The translations under genes and the position numbers were made by a program. DNA of 64,000 bases from an uncultured Gemmatimonadales bacterium (GTDB lineage Bacteria; Gemmatimonadota; Gemmatimonadetes; Gemmatimonadales; GWC2-71-9): contig CAVPYI010000010.1 of the NCBI GenBank assembly GCA_963709905.1, positions 8,028-72,027 of the forward strand, in the 5' to 3' direction. How positions within the stretch are numbered: position 1 is the stretch's first letter; the number at the start of each line of letters is the position of its first letter. Shown here piece by piece: positions 1 through 9,826 of the stretch. Under the pieces are notes generated by a model. It saw nothing but the letters and a program-made list of their open reading frames with translations, had not been told where the DNA came from and searched no databases.

Positions 1-60
1 ACCTATCGGGCTCACGCGGAGCCGCGGTGGGGAATCGCGAGGCGCGGAGTCGGGACCGGG

Positions 61-266
61 GTGGTGGCGGTACGGAAGGCCGGGGTGGGCACGTGGGCGA
101 GCTGCCACACGTTGCGGCGCGACTTTGCGACGCACCTGCTGGAGGATGGTGCGGACATCAGGATGGTGCAGGAGCTGCTGGGTCACCGGGATGTGGCGAC
201 GACATGCGGTACACCCATGTCCTGAATCGGGGTGGGCTGGGGGTACGGAGCCCGGCGGACCTGATG
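61..266 (+). pseudogene. intI: integron integrase, C-terminal fragment, degenerate and frameshifted
   Basis: Frame +1 reads [42 protein letters not shown]. After a 1-bp slip near 203 it reads [19 protein letters not shown], the typical IntI C-terminus. Canonical RHSF is RRDF and the upstream part is degraded. Confidence 0.88.
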
Positions 267-404
267 GGTCTTGATGGTCCCGCAGGCTATCCGAATTGGA
301 CCGCAGGCGATATCGTATGGCGGGGTTGGGGTGGGGTGTGGGAGACAGAGAGAGGAGATTGAGCGCGACCTGACAGAACGGGATGCCCAATCAGGAGATC
401 GACG

Positions 405-1580
405 ATGCCTCATTTTGGAGTGTTGCTGGCCCTCGTCGTTGCCGCGTCTGCCCTGAACGCACAGCAAGGTCCAACCGCGCGGCTTGTGAAAGAGATCGTG
501 ATCGACGACGCTTCCCTCCCAGACGGCTTCACTCGCGTCGGTACCGTCGTCGTCGGCCCCGGCGGGCGTCTCTATGTCGAACAGCCCATGGACAATGTGG
601 TTCGAGTGTTCGATTCGGCAGGGAAGTATCTCAAGGCGATCGGGACCAAAGGCCAGGGGCCAGGTGAGACAGAAAGCCTTGGCGGCATCGGGTTTGTCGG
701 CGACACGCTCTGGACGTATGACTGGCGCGCCGGGCGGTTCGCGTTCTTCTCCGCCGAGGGGGCCTATCAATCGACGCTGAGTCCCCCGAGGAGTGTCGAC
801 TCGACGATCCCGTCGCGTCCCGTGTCCCTCGCTGCGAGCACGCCGCTCGCGGGTGGGGCCTTGTACTTCGCCGGGGTGTCGTACACGAGCCGACCCGATC
901 AGGCGCTGATGCCGCCGACCGCGCGCCTCATCGGCACCCGCGAGGGGCGGATCCTCGATACGCTTGCCATGAGCGATTCGCTCGGTCGCGGCAGCTTTGG
1001 CTTCGCGTCGGGATCGCGGCAGACGTTCACGGTCGACCCCTTCATTGGCGGGATGGTCGATAAGAGCCCGCTCGTTTCAGTGGGCGGCAGAGGCACATGG
1101 TTTGCTGTTGCGCGGCGTGCGGACTGTGCAACGCAGGAGCGCTACCTGGTGGCACGCATTTCACTCAAGCGAGACACGCTCTGGCGCGCGACGATCGAGT
1201 GTCCGCGAGTCGCGGTTCCGCGGAACTTCGTCGACAGCGTGGTCGCGGTGAACCGGGACCGGGCGGTCAAGATGTTGTCGATCACAGCAAGTTACGCGGA
1301 GCAGCAGATCCGCCCCAAGGTCGGGGACGTCAAGGCCTTCACTCCGGCGCGAGCGTTGACTGTTGGAGGGGACGGCTCAATCTGGATCCGCCCAATGCGT
1401 CCGGCAACGGACAGCGCCGAGACATGGATCCGTGCGGATATGGTCGCCGGCGCTCCTGGCGCGTTCACACTGCCGCACAGGGCGCAACTCAAGTACGTCG
1501 CCGACGCGACCCATGTCTGGGTCATGCTGCTCGACGAGGACGATCTGCCGTCGCTAGTGAGGTACCGCCTATCCCAATGA
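405..1580 (+). CDS. secreted 6-bladed beta-propeller (NHL/TolB-like) protein
   Basis: Signal peptide; VRVFDSAGKYLKAIGTKGQGPGE motif; aggag RBS. Confidence 0.75.
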   Translation: MPHFGVLLALVVAASALNAQQGPTARLVKEIVIDDASLPDGFTRVGTVVVGPGGRLYVEQPMDNVVRVFDSAGKYLKAIGTKGQGPGETESLGGIGFVGDTLWTYDWRAGRFAFFSAEGAYQSTLSPPRSVDSTIPSRPVSLAASTPLAGGALYFAGVSYTSRPDQALMPPTARLIGTREGRILDTLAMSDSLGRGSFGFASGSRQTFTVDPFIGGMVDKSPLVSVGGRGTWFAVARRADCATQERYLVARISLKRDTLWRATIECPRVAVPRNFVDSVVAVNRDRAVKMLSITASYAEQQIRPKVGDVKAFTPARALTVGGDGSIWIRPMRPATDSAETWIRADMVAGAPGAFTLPHRAQLKYVADATHVWVMLLDEDDLPSLVRYRLSQ

Positions 1581-1672
1581 CGAGAGGGCGCTTCGATCGC
1601 TCGTCATGAAACAGGTCGCGACGACTGCAGGCGTCGATTGACCGCAGCCACATGGATCGCGGGGCGTTAGAT
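1577..1672 (+). repeat. degenerate attC-like site (right half)
   Basis: atgacgag/ctcgtcat inverted repeat (1577-1607), then ccgcagc...cgcggggcGTTAGAT (GTTRRRY at 1666-1672). No clear left R'' box. Confidence 0.45.
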
Positions 1673-1812
1673 CGCTAGCCGACACACCTGGTACCGAATA
1701 CCCATGCCTCGGCGGGATCGAGAGCGGTGAGAGGAGTCGGGGCGGCAGGTGTATCGGAATCACCAGCGCGTTGCCCGCTCTTGGGCTCGCCCGACCGGCG
1801 TGATCACACGTG

Positions 1813-1912
1813 CTCCAGCAAGCGGATGGACCTGTCCGGACGCGGCCAACAGGTTCGTTCCAATCTTGGCTTGAGGAGGCCGCGCCGGTAGGTCAGCCGC
1901 AGGTCGTCAGAT
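1813..1912 (+). repeat. degenerate attC site
   Basis: Left arm gcggatggacctgtccggacgcggcc pairs with right arm ggccgcgccggtaggtcagccgc, with extrahelical bases. End boxes ctccAGC / GTCagat are decayed RYYYAAC / GTTRRRY. Confidence 0.7.
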
Positions 1913-1948
1913 GGCTGAGCTCCTACCCGAGACCGTGAGAACCCAGGT

Positions 1949-2026
1949 GACCAACGCTGCTGCACGGCTGGTCACCACAGTGATACTGCCGCCGAGCTGC
2001 GGTGGCGGAGCGCCGGTCCGTTGAGC
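1949..2026 (+). repeat. possible attC remnant
   Basis: gaccAAC at 1949 and cgccggtccGTTGAGC at 2020-2026. Internal symmetry is poor. Confidence 0.3.
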
Positions 2027-2086
2027 ACCTGTGGTCTGACTTCCGTAGCTTGTCCTCCCCAACCCCAACCCCCTGGGCCGCCATCC

Positions 2087-2485
2087 ATGGCCACTACAGC
2101 TCTTCGAACACCCGCGTGGCTGCTGATCGGCATTACGCGAAGCGTTCCTGGCGTCCTCGAACTTGCCGATGGCATCCTGGCCTTCTCCACCGAGGAAGGT
2201 CGCGTGTTCGCCGCCCCGACTTCGGAGGTGCGCAACGTGCGGTTCCCGTGGTTCTATTTTGGTGGCGGCGCCAAACTCACGGTGGGATCGGAGCAGTATC
2301 GCCTGTCGTTTGTGCGCCCCAACGATGCGAGTGATATTCCGGATCGGCTCATGGCCAGAAGTGAGGACGGGGGCGCCGCAGCGCTCCTGACGGCCGGCCG
2401 CAAGGTCAGGGACATTGGCGAAGGCCGCCGCGCTGGCAAGGCCTGGAGAGCGGCCCTCTCGTCCCTGGTGCCAACAGAGCACTGA
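2087..2485 (+). CDS. hypothetical protein (cassette-like)
   Basis: Protein-like ORF starting MATTALRT; family not recognised. Confidence 0.6.
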   Translation: MATTALRTPAWLLIGITRSVPGVLELADGILAFSTEEGRVFAAPTSEVRNVRFPWFYFGGGAKLTVGSEQYRLSFVRPNDASDIPDRLMARSEDGGAAALLTAGRKVRDIGEGRRAGKAWRAALSSLVPTEH

Positions 2486-2778
2486 TGGCGCCTCCCCCGA
2501 CCTGCAGATCGCGTGCGCGGCCGGGGCCGGCCGCGGTGCCATGGCATCCGCCGCCAGCTTCGGCGCCGGAAGGAAGTGCAGCTGGCTCCATCGCGCATTG
2601 CGGCCATCCGGTGGATGAGGCTGCCACTCGGCACCATTCGCGGTCCTGCCGGGCGCGGCATCGGCGGAGCGCGGGGCCTCGCTCTGACGGTCCGCGGATT
2701 CCTGTGCCGCTGGTACCTTCACCATCGAGCGTTGGACCGCCCACGCCATGAGCCGGTCCCGCCAGAGGAGAGAACCAG

Positions 2779-3801
2779 ATGCGCCACCGAGGGTTCCTGC
2801 CATTGATTGTGCCGTGGCTGATCGTGGCGGTGTGGGGCGGATGCACGAGGGAGGCTGGCCCCACGCCAGGGCAGTCCGCGCCAACGGTCGAGCGCTTACC
2901 AGGCAACCCCATCGTCCTCCCGGCGATGGTGCAGGCGCGCGACGGAGAGAACATCAACGGCCCCTCGCTCATACGAGTGCCCCCATGGGTCGAGGGCAGG
3001 CTCGGTGAGTACTACTTGTATTTCGCGCACCACGCTGGCAGGTACATCCGGATGGCCTATGCCGATGATGTCGCCGGGCCGTGGACGGTGTATGGCCCGG
3101 GCACCCTCCACATCGAGGACACGGTCTGCAACGACATCACGGAGTCCTCTTTCGCGACCTATCGGCACGTGGCGTCACCCGACGTGCACGTCGATCAGGC
3201 ATCGCGAAGGATCCGGATGTACTTCCACTGCCCTGTCTACATCTCCGGGCCCAAGGCCAGTGACGACAGCTACAGGCAGGTCACCCTCGTCGCCACCTCC
3301 GACGACGGCCTGGGATTCAAGGCCGGGTCCGAGCCCCTCGGGAATTCCTACTTCCGCGTGTTCCAGTGGGCTGGCCAGTACTATGCCCTTGGGATGCCGG
3401 GCATCGTGTATCGATCGGCAGATGGACTGAGCGGCTTCGAGGAGGGGCCAACACTCTTTTCGAGCGACATGCGCCACTCGGCCGTCACGGTCAGGAACGG
3501 CAAGCTGATGGTGCTGTACACCATGGTCGGCGACAACCCAGAACGCATTCTGTTCTCCGAGATCGCACTCGGCCCCGACTGGATGACGTGGCGGGCGACG
3601 GAGCCGACCACGACCCTTGCGCCGGAGTTCGACTGGGAAGGCGCGGACCTGCCGCATGAGCCCTCTGTCCGTGGCGACGTGATGGACCGGGTCCGGCAGT
3701 TGCGGGACCCAGCGCTGTTCGAGACGGAGGGACGTGCCTATCTGCTCTACTCCGTCGCCGGCGAGTCCGGGATTGCCATCGCCGAGCTCTTCTGGCACTG
3801 A
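2779..3801 (+). CDS. lipoprotein, 5-bladed beta-propeller glycoside hydrolase-like (GH43/GH32 clan)
   Basis: NINGPSLIRVP, YYLYFAHH, HVASPDV and QLRDPALF motifs; lipobox-like WGGC; ggagag RBS. Confidence 0.7.
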   Translation: MRHRGFLPLIVPWLIVAVWGGCTREAGPTPGQSAPTVERLPGNPIVLPAMVQARDGENINGPSLIRVPPWVEGRLGEYYLYFAHHAGRYIRMAYADDVAGPWTVYGPGTLHIEDTVCNDITESSFATYRHVASPDVHVDQASRRIRMYFHCPVYISGPKASDDSYRQVTLVATSDDGLGFKAGSEPLGNSYFRVFQWAGQYYALGMPGIVYRSADGLSGFEEGPTLFSSDMRHSAVTVRNGKLMVLYTMVGDNPERILFSEIALGPDWMTWRATEPTTTLAPEFDWEGADLPHEPSVRGDVMDRVRQLRDPALFETEGRAYLLYSVAGESGIAIAELFWH

Positions 3802-3815
3802 CGTGAAGCGCCGTC

Positions 3816-3872
3816 GTCCAGCGCCAGGCAGCAGTCGGCGATCAGCGCCGCAGCTGATGCCCGACGTCAGGT
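3816..3872 (+). repeat. degenerate short attC site
   Basis: gtccAGC..ggcagcagtcggcg pairs with cgccgcagctgatgcc..cgacGTCaggt, directly after a stop codon. The cgcagctgatgc right arm is typical of attC. Confidence 0.6.
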
Positions 3873-3909
3873 GGCTTTGGAAAGGTGCGTTCCGTGTCGA
3901 GGTGCCCGT

Positions 3910-4464
3910 GTGATTGATCTTGGACCCCAACCCCTCCTCCGGTCGGATCGCCTGTGGCTGACGCCGTTCGTCGACGCCGATGCCCCTTCGATCTTTCTCT
4001 ACGGCCAGAACCCGCAGGTGTCTCGCCACACCACCTGGAGTCCACACCAGTCCCAGGCCGATGCTGAAGGCTTCATTCGCATGGCGCAGGGCTACACCGA
4101 TGGCTTCTGCTGGGCGATCCGGCTGGCATCCGACGGACCCGCGCGCGGCGCGATCGAGTTCGGGTTGAGCAGCCCGTCCCATGGATCCGTTCACTACGTT
4201 CTCGCCGAAGAGCTCTGGAACCGTGGCCTCATGACCGAAGCCGTCACCGCGATCCTCCGGTGGATGTTTCAGACCTGCGGTTCCCTTGACCGGGTCTCAA
4301 CCACGGCCATCACCGCGAACACCGGTTCTCGCCGAGTGCTGGAAAAGTGCGGGTTCACGTTCACGGGAACCGTCCTCGAGACGTGGGCGAAGTTCCGAGA
4401 GCCTGTGGAGTTGGCGGAATACGCCCTGACGAGGAAGCGTTGGCTTGCCCAGGTTGACTCCTGA
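3910..4464 (+). CDS. GNAT family N-acetyltransferase (RimJ/RimL-like)
   Basis: LRSDRLWLTP, WNRGLMTEA, NTGSRRVLEKCGF motifs. Confidence 0.85.
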   Translation: MIDLGPQPLLRSDRLWLTPFVDADAPSIFLYGQNPQVSRHTTWSPHQSQADAEGFIRMAQGYTDGFCWAIRLASDGPARGAIEFGLSSPSHGSVHYVLAEELWNRGLMTEAVTAILRWMFQTCGSLDRVSTTAITANTGSRRVLEKCGFTFTGTVLETWAKFREPVELAEYALTRKRWLAQVDS

Positions 4465-4482
4465 CGGCCTGAGCCATCCAGG

Positions 4483-4722
4483 GGGTTCTGGGGGCACATC
4501 GCCGAGTACTCGAGGGCGGAGACCACCGCGATCGTCAGGAACGTCCCGCTCGCCGACCTGTTGCGGACGGAGAGAAGGTCCCTGGTGCTCTTGCCCAAGG
4601 TCATACTGCGGTGCCGCACGATGGCCAAGCCCTGGCCCTGGGCCGCACACGACCAGTACGAGGGCAGGATGCTGGTGGACATTCGCCGCGAGTTCAACAT
4701 CCATCCGCTCGTCGTTCCCTAG
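4483..4722 (+). pseudogene. 5'-truncated gene remnant
   Basis: Open frame with no suitable start, ending KPWPWAAHDQYEGRMLVDIRREFNIHPLVVP*. Confidence 0.4.
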
Positions 4723-4795
4723 CACGGCTGCCTGTTCAACCGCTCCGCGCGCCCACCGCCCCGTACACGACGTGCGATCACGAGGAGGGATCTCC

Positions 4796-5914
4796 GTGCA
4801 CCGCAGTCCATGGCAGGTTGCCGCCCTCCTCCTTGCAATGGGCTGCCAGGCCCCGGAGTCAGGGCGAGGACCGTCCGTGGTCCTGGTCGACTCCCTGATC
4901 CTGGCTCAACCCGATTCGACCGAGGAGTTTCTGCCCCTCCGGACCCAGGCGCTCACCGCCAGCGGCTCCGTCGTGCTCGAGACGGGCACCGGCATTCTCC
5001 ATTTTGCTCCCACCGGTGAGTTGCTGCGCACCATGGGGCGCGCCGGCACCGGGCCGGGTGAGTTCGTGCGGATCTCTTCACTGGGGATCCTGCCAGGTGA
5101 CAGCTTGGTTGCCGCGGTGGATGCTCGTCGTGGCCGGATCGTCGTGTTCGGATTGAGCGACGGCCTCCTCCGGCGCGAGGTGCCGCTCTCCAAGCCCTTC
5201 TTTCCGGACCAGCAGTGGGTCTTCCGCGGTGACACCGTCACCATGCCCGGCAAGCTCAGCGCGGCCCCATTCACCTCCTGGGATCTGGCCTCGGACAGCA
5301 TCTGGCACTGGGGGGCTGCGCCGCCAATCTTCTCGGCCTCGACGGGCGCCTATTCCCAGGGAGGAGAACCGTCGCTCGCGCCTTGGCCAACCGGTTGGCT
5401 CGCCCTCTTCCCCGCAGAAGCCGCCCTGCACGTGCTTCGTCAGGACGGATCGCTGACGGGACGGATCGTCGTGCCGGTTCGGCGGCGGGTCGGGGTCCCG
5501 CCGAACCTGGGGGACAGCGTCGCCCTCATCGCGGCGAGCGACCAGTTCCGATTTGCCGCCTCCCTGGTGCTCGCCATCCGGCAACTGTCCAATGGCAGCT
5601 ATGCCCTGCTCCACCTCGATACGGATGCGGAGCTCGTTCCCAACGTGCGAGACCGTGCCGGCGGCGGCGCGGGGGTTGCCTACTCGAACATGCGCTACTG
5701 GGTCAGCATGCTCGCGCCCGACGGTACCAAGGCTTGCGTTGACGGCCCTGTACCGATGATTGTGGAAAACGTACTCTCCCCCACCTTTCGAGGAGATACG
5801 CTGGTATTCGTCTCCCGATCGGTCGATGCGACCGACAAGCTTCGTACCATCCTCTACAAGTTTGTCATCGCTGAGATGGGATGTGACTGGTTGGCGACTG
5901 CTGCACCAGAGTAG
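4796..5914 (+). CDS. 6-bladed beta-propeller lipoprotein
   Basis: GTG start with gaggagg RBS; lipobox AMGC; GELLRTMGRAGTGPGEF. Confidence 0.7.
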   Translation: MHRSPWQVAALLLAMGCQAPESGRGPSVVLVDSLILAQPDSTEEFLPLRTQALTASGSVVLETGTGILHFAPTGELLRTMGRAGTGPGEFVRISSLGILPGDSLVAAVDARRGRIVVFGLSDGLLRREVPLSKPFFPDQQWVFRGDTVTMPGKLSAAPFTSWDLASDSIWHWGAAPPIFSASTGAYSQGGEPSLAPWPTGWLALFPAEAALHVLRQDGSLTGRIVVPVRRRVGVPPNLGDSVALIAASDQFRFAASLVLAIRQLSNGSYALLHLDTDAELVPNVRDRAGGGAGVAYSNMRYWVSMLAPDGTKACVDGPVPMIVENVLSPTFRGDTLVFVSRSVDATDKLRTILYKFVIAEMGCDWLATAAPE

Positions 5915-5992
5915 ATGGCAGCGTCCTGGAAGGTGACTCGAGCCTGCCAATCTGGCCGCTCGGATATCTCACCCAAACCAACGGGGGCTCGA

Positions 5993-6490
5993 ATGGATCA
6001 TTCACCCACCTCCCTCGCACCGGCGACCTTGCTCCTCCTCCTCACCGCCTGCGGTGCCGGGCCGCCAGCCGACTCCCCCGCCGACCAGGCGAATCCGGGG
6101 TCCTCCGCCGCAGCGAGTCCGACCGTCCGCGCCTGCGACCTGCTGGACCTTGCCGCGGCCACCAGCCTGCTCGGTGCGGGCACCGAGCATCCCGGGGACG
6201 ACACGGAGCGCGACGCGTGTACCTATTCACGTGCCGGTGTCGCGATGCTCACGATCCTGATCGGTTCGGCCGACCTCTATGATCAGGTGACCATCGCGCC
6301 GCCCCACACGCCAGCGGCAATCGGGGATCGAGGGCGACATAACGTCCAGGGGTCGGGGGCGGTCTCCGTCCAGTTCGTCAAAGGGGCCTACTCGGTGACC
6401 ATCAACATCCAGCCGATCGGATCAGCGGCCCAAGACTACCTCGACCCGCTCTTGGCAACCGCCCAGGAGGTGGCCGGCGCCCTCCCCTAG
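5993..6490 (+). CDS. hypothetical lipoprotein (DUF3558-like)
   Basis: Lipobox LTAC; ACDLL...CTY pattern. Confidence 0.6.
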   Translation: MDHSPTSLAPATLLLLLTACGAGPPADSPADQANPGSSAAASPTVRACDLLDLAAATSLLGAGTEHPGDDTERDACTYSRAGVAMLTILIGSADLYDQVTIAPPHTPAAIGDRGRHNVQGSGAVSVQFVKGAYSVTINIQPIGSAAQDYLDPLLATAQEVAGALP

Positions 6491-6622
6491 CGCGGGTCCC
6501 GTCGCGTCCTGGTGGCCGACCGAGGTCGCCCCACGATGGGCTGGGGTGTACAATGCGGTGTGTCTCCGCCCAGGGATTGTCCGGCGGGTCACGGCTCTCT
6601 CCGCCACAAACCAGAGGATCTC

Positions 6623-7564
6623 ATGAAGCGACTTGCTGTGCTGTCCGTTGCCTTCCTGCTCTGCTCCGCCCTGGGGCCGTCCGCAGCCCCCGCGCAGAAT
6701 GTGCCGGCGCGTCCGCCGTTGCAGATGACCTATCTCGGCGGCTCGGGGTGGATGATCTCCGATGGCGCCGTCGTCGTCCTCCTCGATCCGTACATCTCGC
6801 GCCTCAAGTACGGCGGCAGCGGCGACCCGGCCGACCCCCGCCCAAGCTATGCGCGCAGCGACGTGGCCCATTCCGATTCGGCGCTCATTGACAGCATCGT
6901 TCCTCGGGCCGACTTCATCCTGGTCCACCACGGCCACGTCGATCACCTCTTCGACGTCCCCTATCTGGCCGCGAAGACCGGCGCCAAGGTGATCGCCACC
7001 GAGACGACGATCATGATCCTGCGCGCCTACGGCGTCCCCGAGGACCAGCTCTACGCGGTACGCGGCGGGGAGGACTACCAGTTCGACAACTTCTCCGTGC
7101 GCGTCGTCCCCTCGATCCACTCCGCCCTCGGCGAGAAGCACTACCACGACACCCGGCGGTACGACCGGACCACCACCCTGGTCGCCCCGCTCCGGCTCGA
7201 CCAGTTCATCGAGGGCGGCTCGCTGATGTTCCTGGCGCGGTTCGACCACCACGAGGTGCTGACGATGGGCTCGATGAACTTCGTGGAGCGGGAGCTGGAG
7301 GGGATCCACCCCGACATCCTGCTGGCCGGCATCAACGGCTCCCGGCTGGGGCTGTACAACTACGACGAGCGCCTGCTCCGCGTCACCGGCATGCCGCCGA
7401 TCGTGCTCCCCACCCACTGGGACGACTTCCACCTGCCCTACGGGTGGTCGCAGGAGGCGGACATCACCCGGAACCTGGTCCCGTTCGCGAAGACGGTGGC
7501 GGAAATCTCCCCACGCACCAGGGTGATCATGCCGGTCCATCTCAAGCCGATCACCATTCCGTAG
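6623..7564 (+). CDS. secreted MBL-fold metallo-hydrolase
   Basis: Signal peptide; HGHVDH, SIHS and PTHWD motifs. Confidence 0.85.
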   Translation: MKRLAVLSVAFLLCSALGPSAAPAQNVPARPPLQMTYLGGSGWMISDGAVVVLLDPYISRLKYGGSGDPADPRPSYARSDVAHSDSALIDSIVPRADFILVHHGHVDHLFDVPYLAAKTGAKVIATETTIMILRAYGVPEDQLYAVRGGEDYQFDNFSVRVVPSIHSALGEKHYHDTRRYDRTTTLVAPLRLDQFIEGGSLMFLARFDHHEVLTMGSMNFVERELEGIHPDILLAGINGSRLGLYNYDERLLRVTGMPPIVLPTHWDDFHLPYGWSQEADITRNLVPFAKTVAEISPRTRVIMPVHLKPITIP

Positions 7565-7580
7565 GCCGTTCAACGGGACC

Positions 7581-9776
7581 CTAGTTCAGGTCGAACATCC
7601 TCGTGAACTTGACCAGGAATGCCCGTTGTTGCGGGCCGGCGTCAGGGCCGGTCCGCTCGATGTCGTTGTAGACCAGGAACAGCCCGGTCCCGGCCCGGCT
7701 CAACCACCCGAACCGCAGGTTGGCCTGGATCACCTCGGTCTGGTTGTTGTACTGGGCCAGCGACTGCAGGTAGATCCCGGGGGTGAACGTGTAGGCCAGC
7801 TGCAGCCCCAGCAGCGACGAGACGAACTCCCCCTCCGGCAACCGGATGTCATAGACCGAGCCGCGCAGCGACACCGCCGTCCGGCCGGTCCGGACGGTGA
7901 GGGTGCTCGACGTTCCAGCCCGACGCCCCGAGTAGAACCCGCCGATGTCGATCCGGCCTGAGAGCGACACCGGCGCGCTCCGGTTGGTGTAGTACTCGAA
8001 CCCCCACTCCGCATTGTCGTAGGTGCCCGCCGGGATGACGATCCCGGGGGCGATCTCAAACGGCACCCGCAGGCCCTCGCGGGTCAGGTTGAACGCCGGC
8101 AACTGGAAGAACGCGCCACTCCGGAAGTCGAAGTGACTGTCGAAGTGCAGCAGCCGGGTCTCCGAGAGCCCGTCAAACCCGATGTTCTCACGGTAGGAGA
8201 TGTGGGGCCGCAGCTCCTTGATCGGTGAACTCTCGGGCATCCGCAGGAAGGTCTGGATCCGGGCGCTCACGAACCGGGTGTCGCTCCGCGACAGGAACCC
8301 CACCTCGGGATTGAAGTCCCGTGCCACCTCCCGGTAGGAGGCACTGAGCAACAGGTTTCGACCAGCGTAGGTGGCCCCGAGGTTGAACGCATGGTCCGGC
8401 CCGGTCCGGCCCGGCGTCTCGGTCTTGGCCGCATACCCATCGACCAGCAGGTATCGCCCGATCCCCAACCGACCATCGACCCCGACGGTGAGGTTGTAGT
8501 CCGCGGTGCTGTCGGTGTTGAGGCGGCTCACCGCAATGGCGCCAAGCTGGCTGCGACTGGGCAGCGGCTGGAGGACCCGGACGGCGGCGAAGTTGTTCGC
8601 GGGAATGTCGCCCCGCGAATCGGTCTGGATGTCGAGCACGCCGACCGTGAGCCCGCCGATGTTGCCGGAGACCCGGCCGCCGCCGAGGAGTGGCACCTCC
8701 TGGCGGTCGGCGGCGATGCCGATCCGGCGGCTGAAGAAGAGCTCGGTCGATTGGGAGGTTCCGACGGAGAAGGTCCCGGCATTCTCCAGGAAGAAGGGGC
8801 GCTTCTCCGGGAAGAACAGGTTGAACCGGGTCAGGTTGACCTGCTGCTCGTCCACCTCCACCTGGGCAAAGTCGGTGTTGACGGTGAGGTCCAGGGTGAG
8901 GCTGGAAGTGAGGCCGAGCTTGACGTCACCGCCGACCTCGACACCGACCTCGGTGTCGGGGGTGGCGAAGTTGCGGCGCACCGAACTCAGGGCGTACGGC
9001 GTGGCGGACGCGACCCGGCGCGCCGGCAGCTCGAGCCCCTCGAGCGTTCCGTAGGCGGAGATCCGGTAGAGCGAGTACTCGCGGGGCAGCGGCGTCCAGA
9101 CCGCCCGCTCCCGGTTGCGCGGCAGGATCCGGGCGAGGTTGATCCCCCACGACTGCACCCCCGCGCCACTGTACCGCAGGGTGGAGAACGGGATCCGGAA
9201 CTCCGCGGACCACCCATCGGCATCCCGCGAGGTGCGCACGCTCCAGTCGCCATCCCAGTTCAGGTTGAGCCCGCCACCCGATCCACCCTGCTGCCGCGTG
9301 GTGCCGGCCCCCCCGCCCTCACCCTCGCGAGTGACCTGGCCGTCGTACTCGATGGCCGCCGCCGATGTCCCGAAGACGAAGGCGTTCTGGCCGTCGCGAT
9401 AGGTATCGAGGATCACCAGCAGCGCATCAACGTTGGCGAGGTCGGTGTCGCGTCGTGCCTCGCCCACCACGAGGGCGCCGAGGTTCCGGTCCAGCATCCG
9501 TGCCCCGATGTAGAGCGCCTCGTGGTCAAAGACGAGGCGCACTTCGGTGCGCTCGCTGGCTGCACGCCCCTCGAACGGCTCGTGCTGGACGAAGTCGCCC
9601 AGCACGCGTGCCTCGCCCCACGCCGGGTCGTCGAGGCGGCCATCGACGATCGGCGACCGGGCGACCCGAACGGCGTGCGCCACGGGTGCGGCGCCAGGCG
9701 CGCCGGGGGGCGCCTGCCCAACCACCACACCGGGGGACACCACGCTTGCGGCGAGGAGGGCAACGGCGAATCGCAT
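7581..9776 (-). CDS. DUF5916 / CBM9-like outer-membrane protein
   Basis: Start MRFAVALL; [42 protein letters not shown]. Confidence 0.85.
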   Translation of the reverse strand: MRFAVALLAASVVSPGVVVGQAPPGAPGAAPVAHAVRVARSPIVDGRLDDPAWGEARVLGDFVQHEPFEGRAASERTEVRLVFDHEALYIGARMLDRNLGALVVGEARRDTDLANVDALLVILDTYRDGQNAFVFGTSAAAIEYDGQVTREGEGGGAGTTRQQGGSGGGLNLNWDGDWSVRTSRDADGWSAEFRIPFSTLRYSGAGVQSWGINLARILPRNRERAVWTPLPREYSLYRISAYGTLEGLELPARRVASATPYALSSVRRNFATPDTEVGVEVGGDVKLGLTSSLTLDLTVNTDFAQVEVDEQQVNLTRFNLFFPEKRPFFLENAGTFSVGTSQSTELFFSRRIGIAADRQEVPLLGGGRVSGNIGGLTVGVLDIQTDSRGDIPANNFAAVRVLQPLPSRSQLGAIAVSRLNTDSTADYNLTVGVDGRLGIGRYLLVDGYAAKTETPGRTGPDHAFNLGATYAGRNLLLSASYREVARDFNPEVGFLSRSDTRFVSARIQTFLRMPESSPIKELRPHISYRENIGFDGLSETRLLHFDSHFDFRSGAFFQLPAFNLTREGLRVPFEIAPGIVIPAGTYDNAEWGFEYYTNRSAPVSLSGRIDIGGFYSGRRAGTSSTLTVRTGRTAVSLRGSVYDIRLPEGEFVSSLLGLQLAYTFTPGIYLQSLAQYNNQTEVIQANLRFGWLSRAGTGLFLVYNDIERTGPDAGPQQRAFLVKFTRMFDLN

Positions 9777-9826
9777 TGTCGGAGTTCCTTGGAGTCGGAG
9801 TGCTGCCACGTTCAACAAAGGGCCGG

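Noticed and set aside
2486-2778. Additional attC between cassette-like genes
   Set aside because: GTTGGAC occurs near 2731, but I could not find a paired arm or left box.
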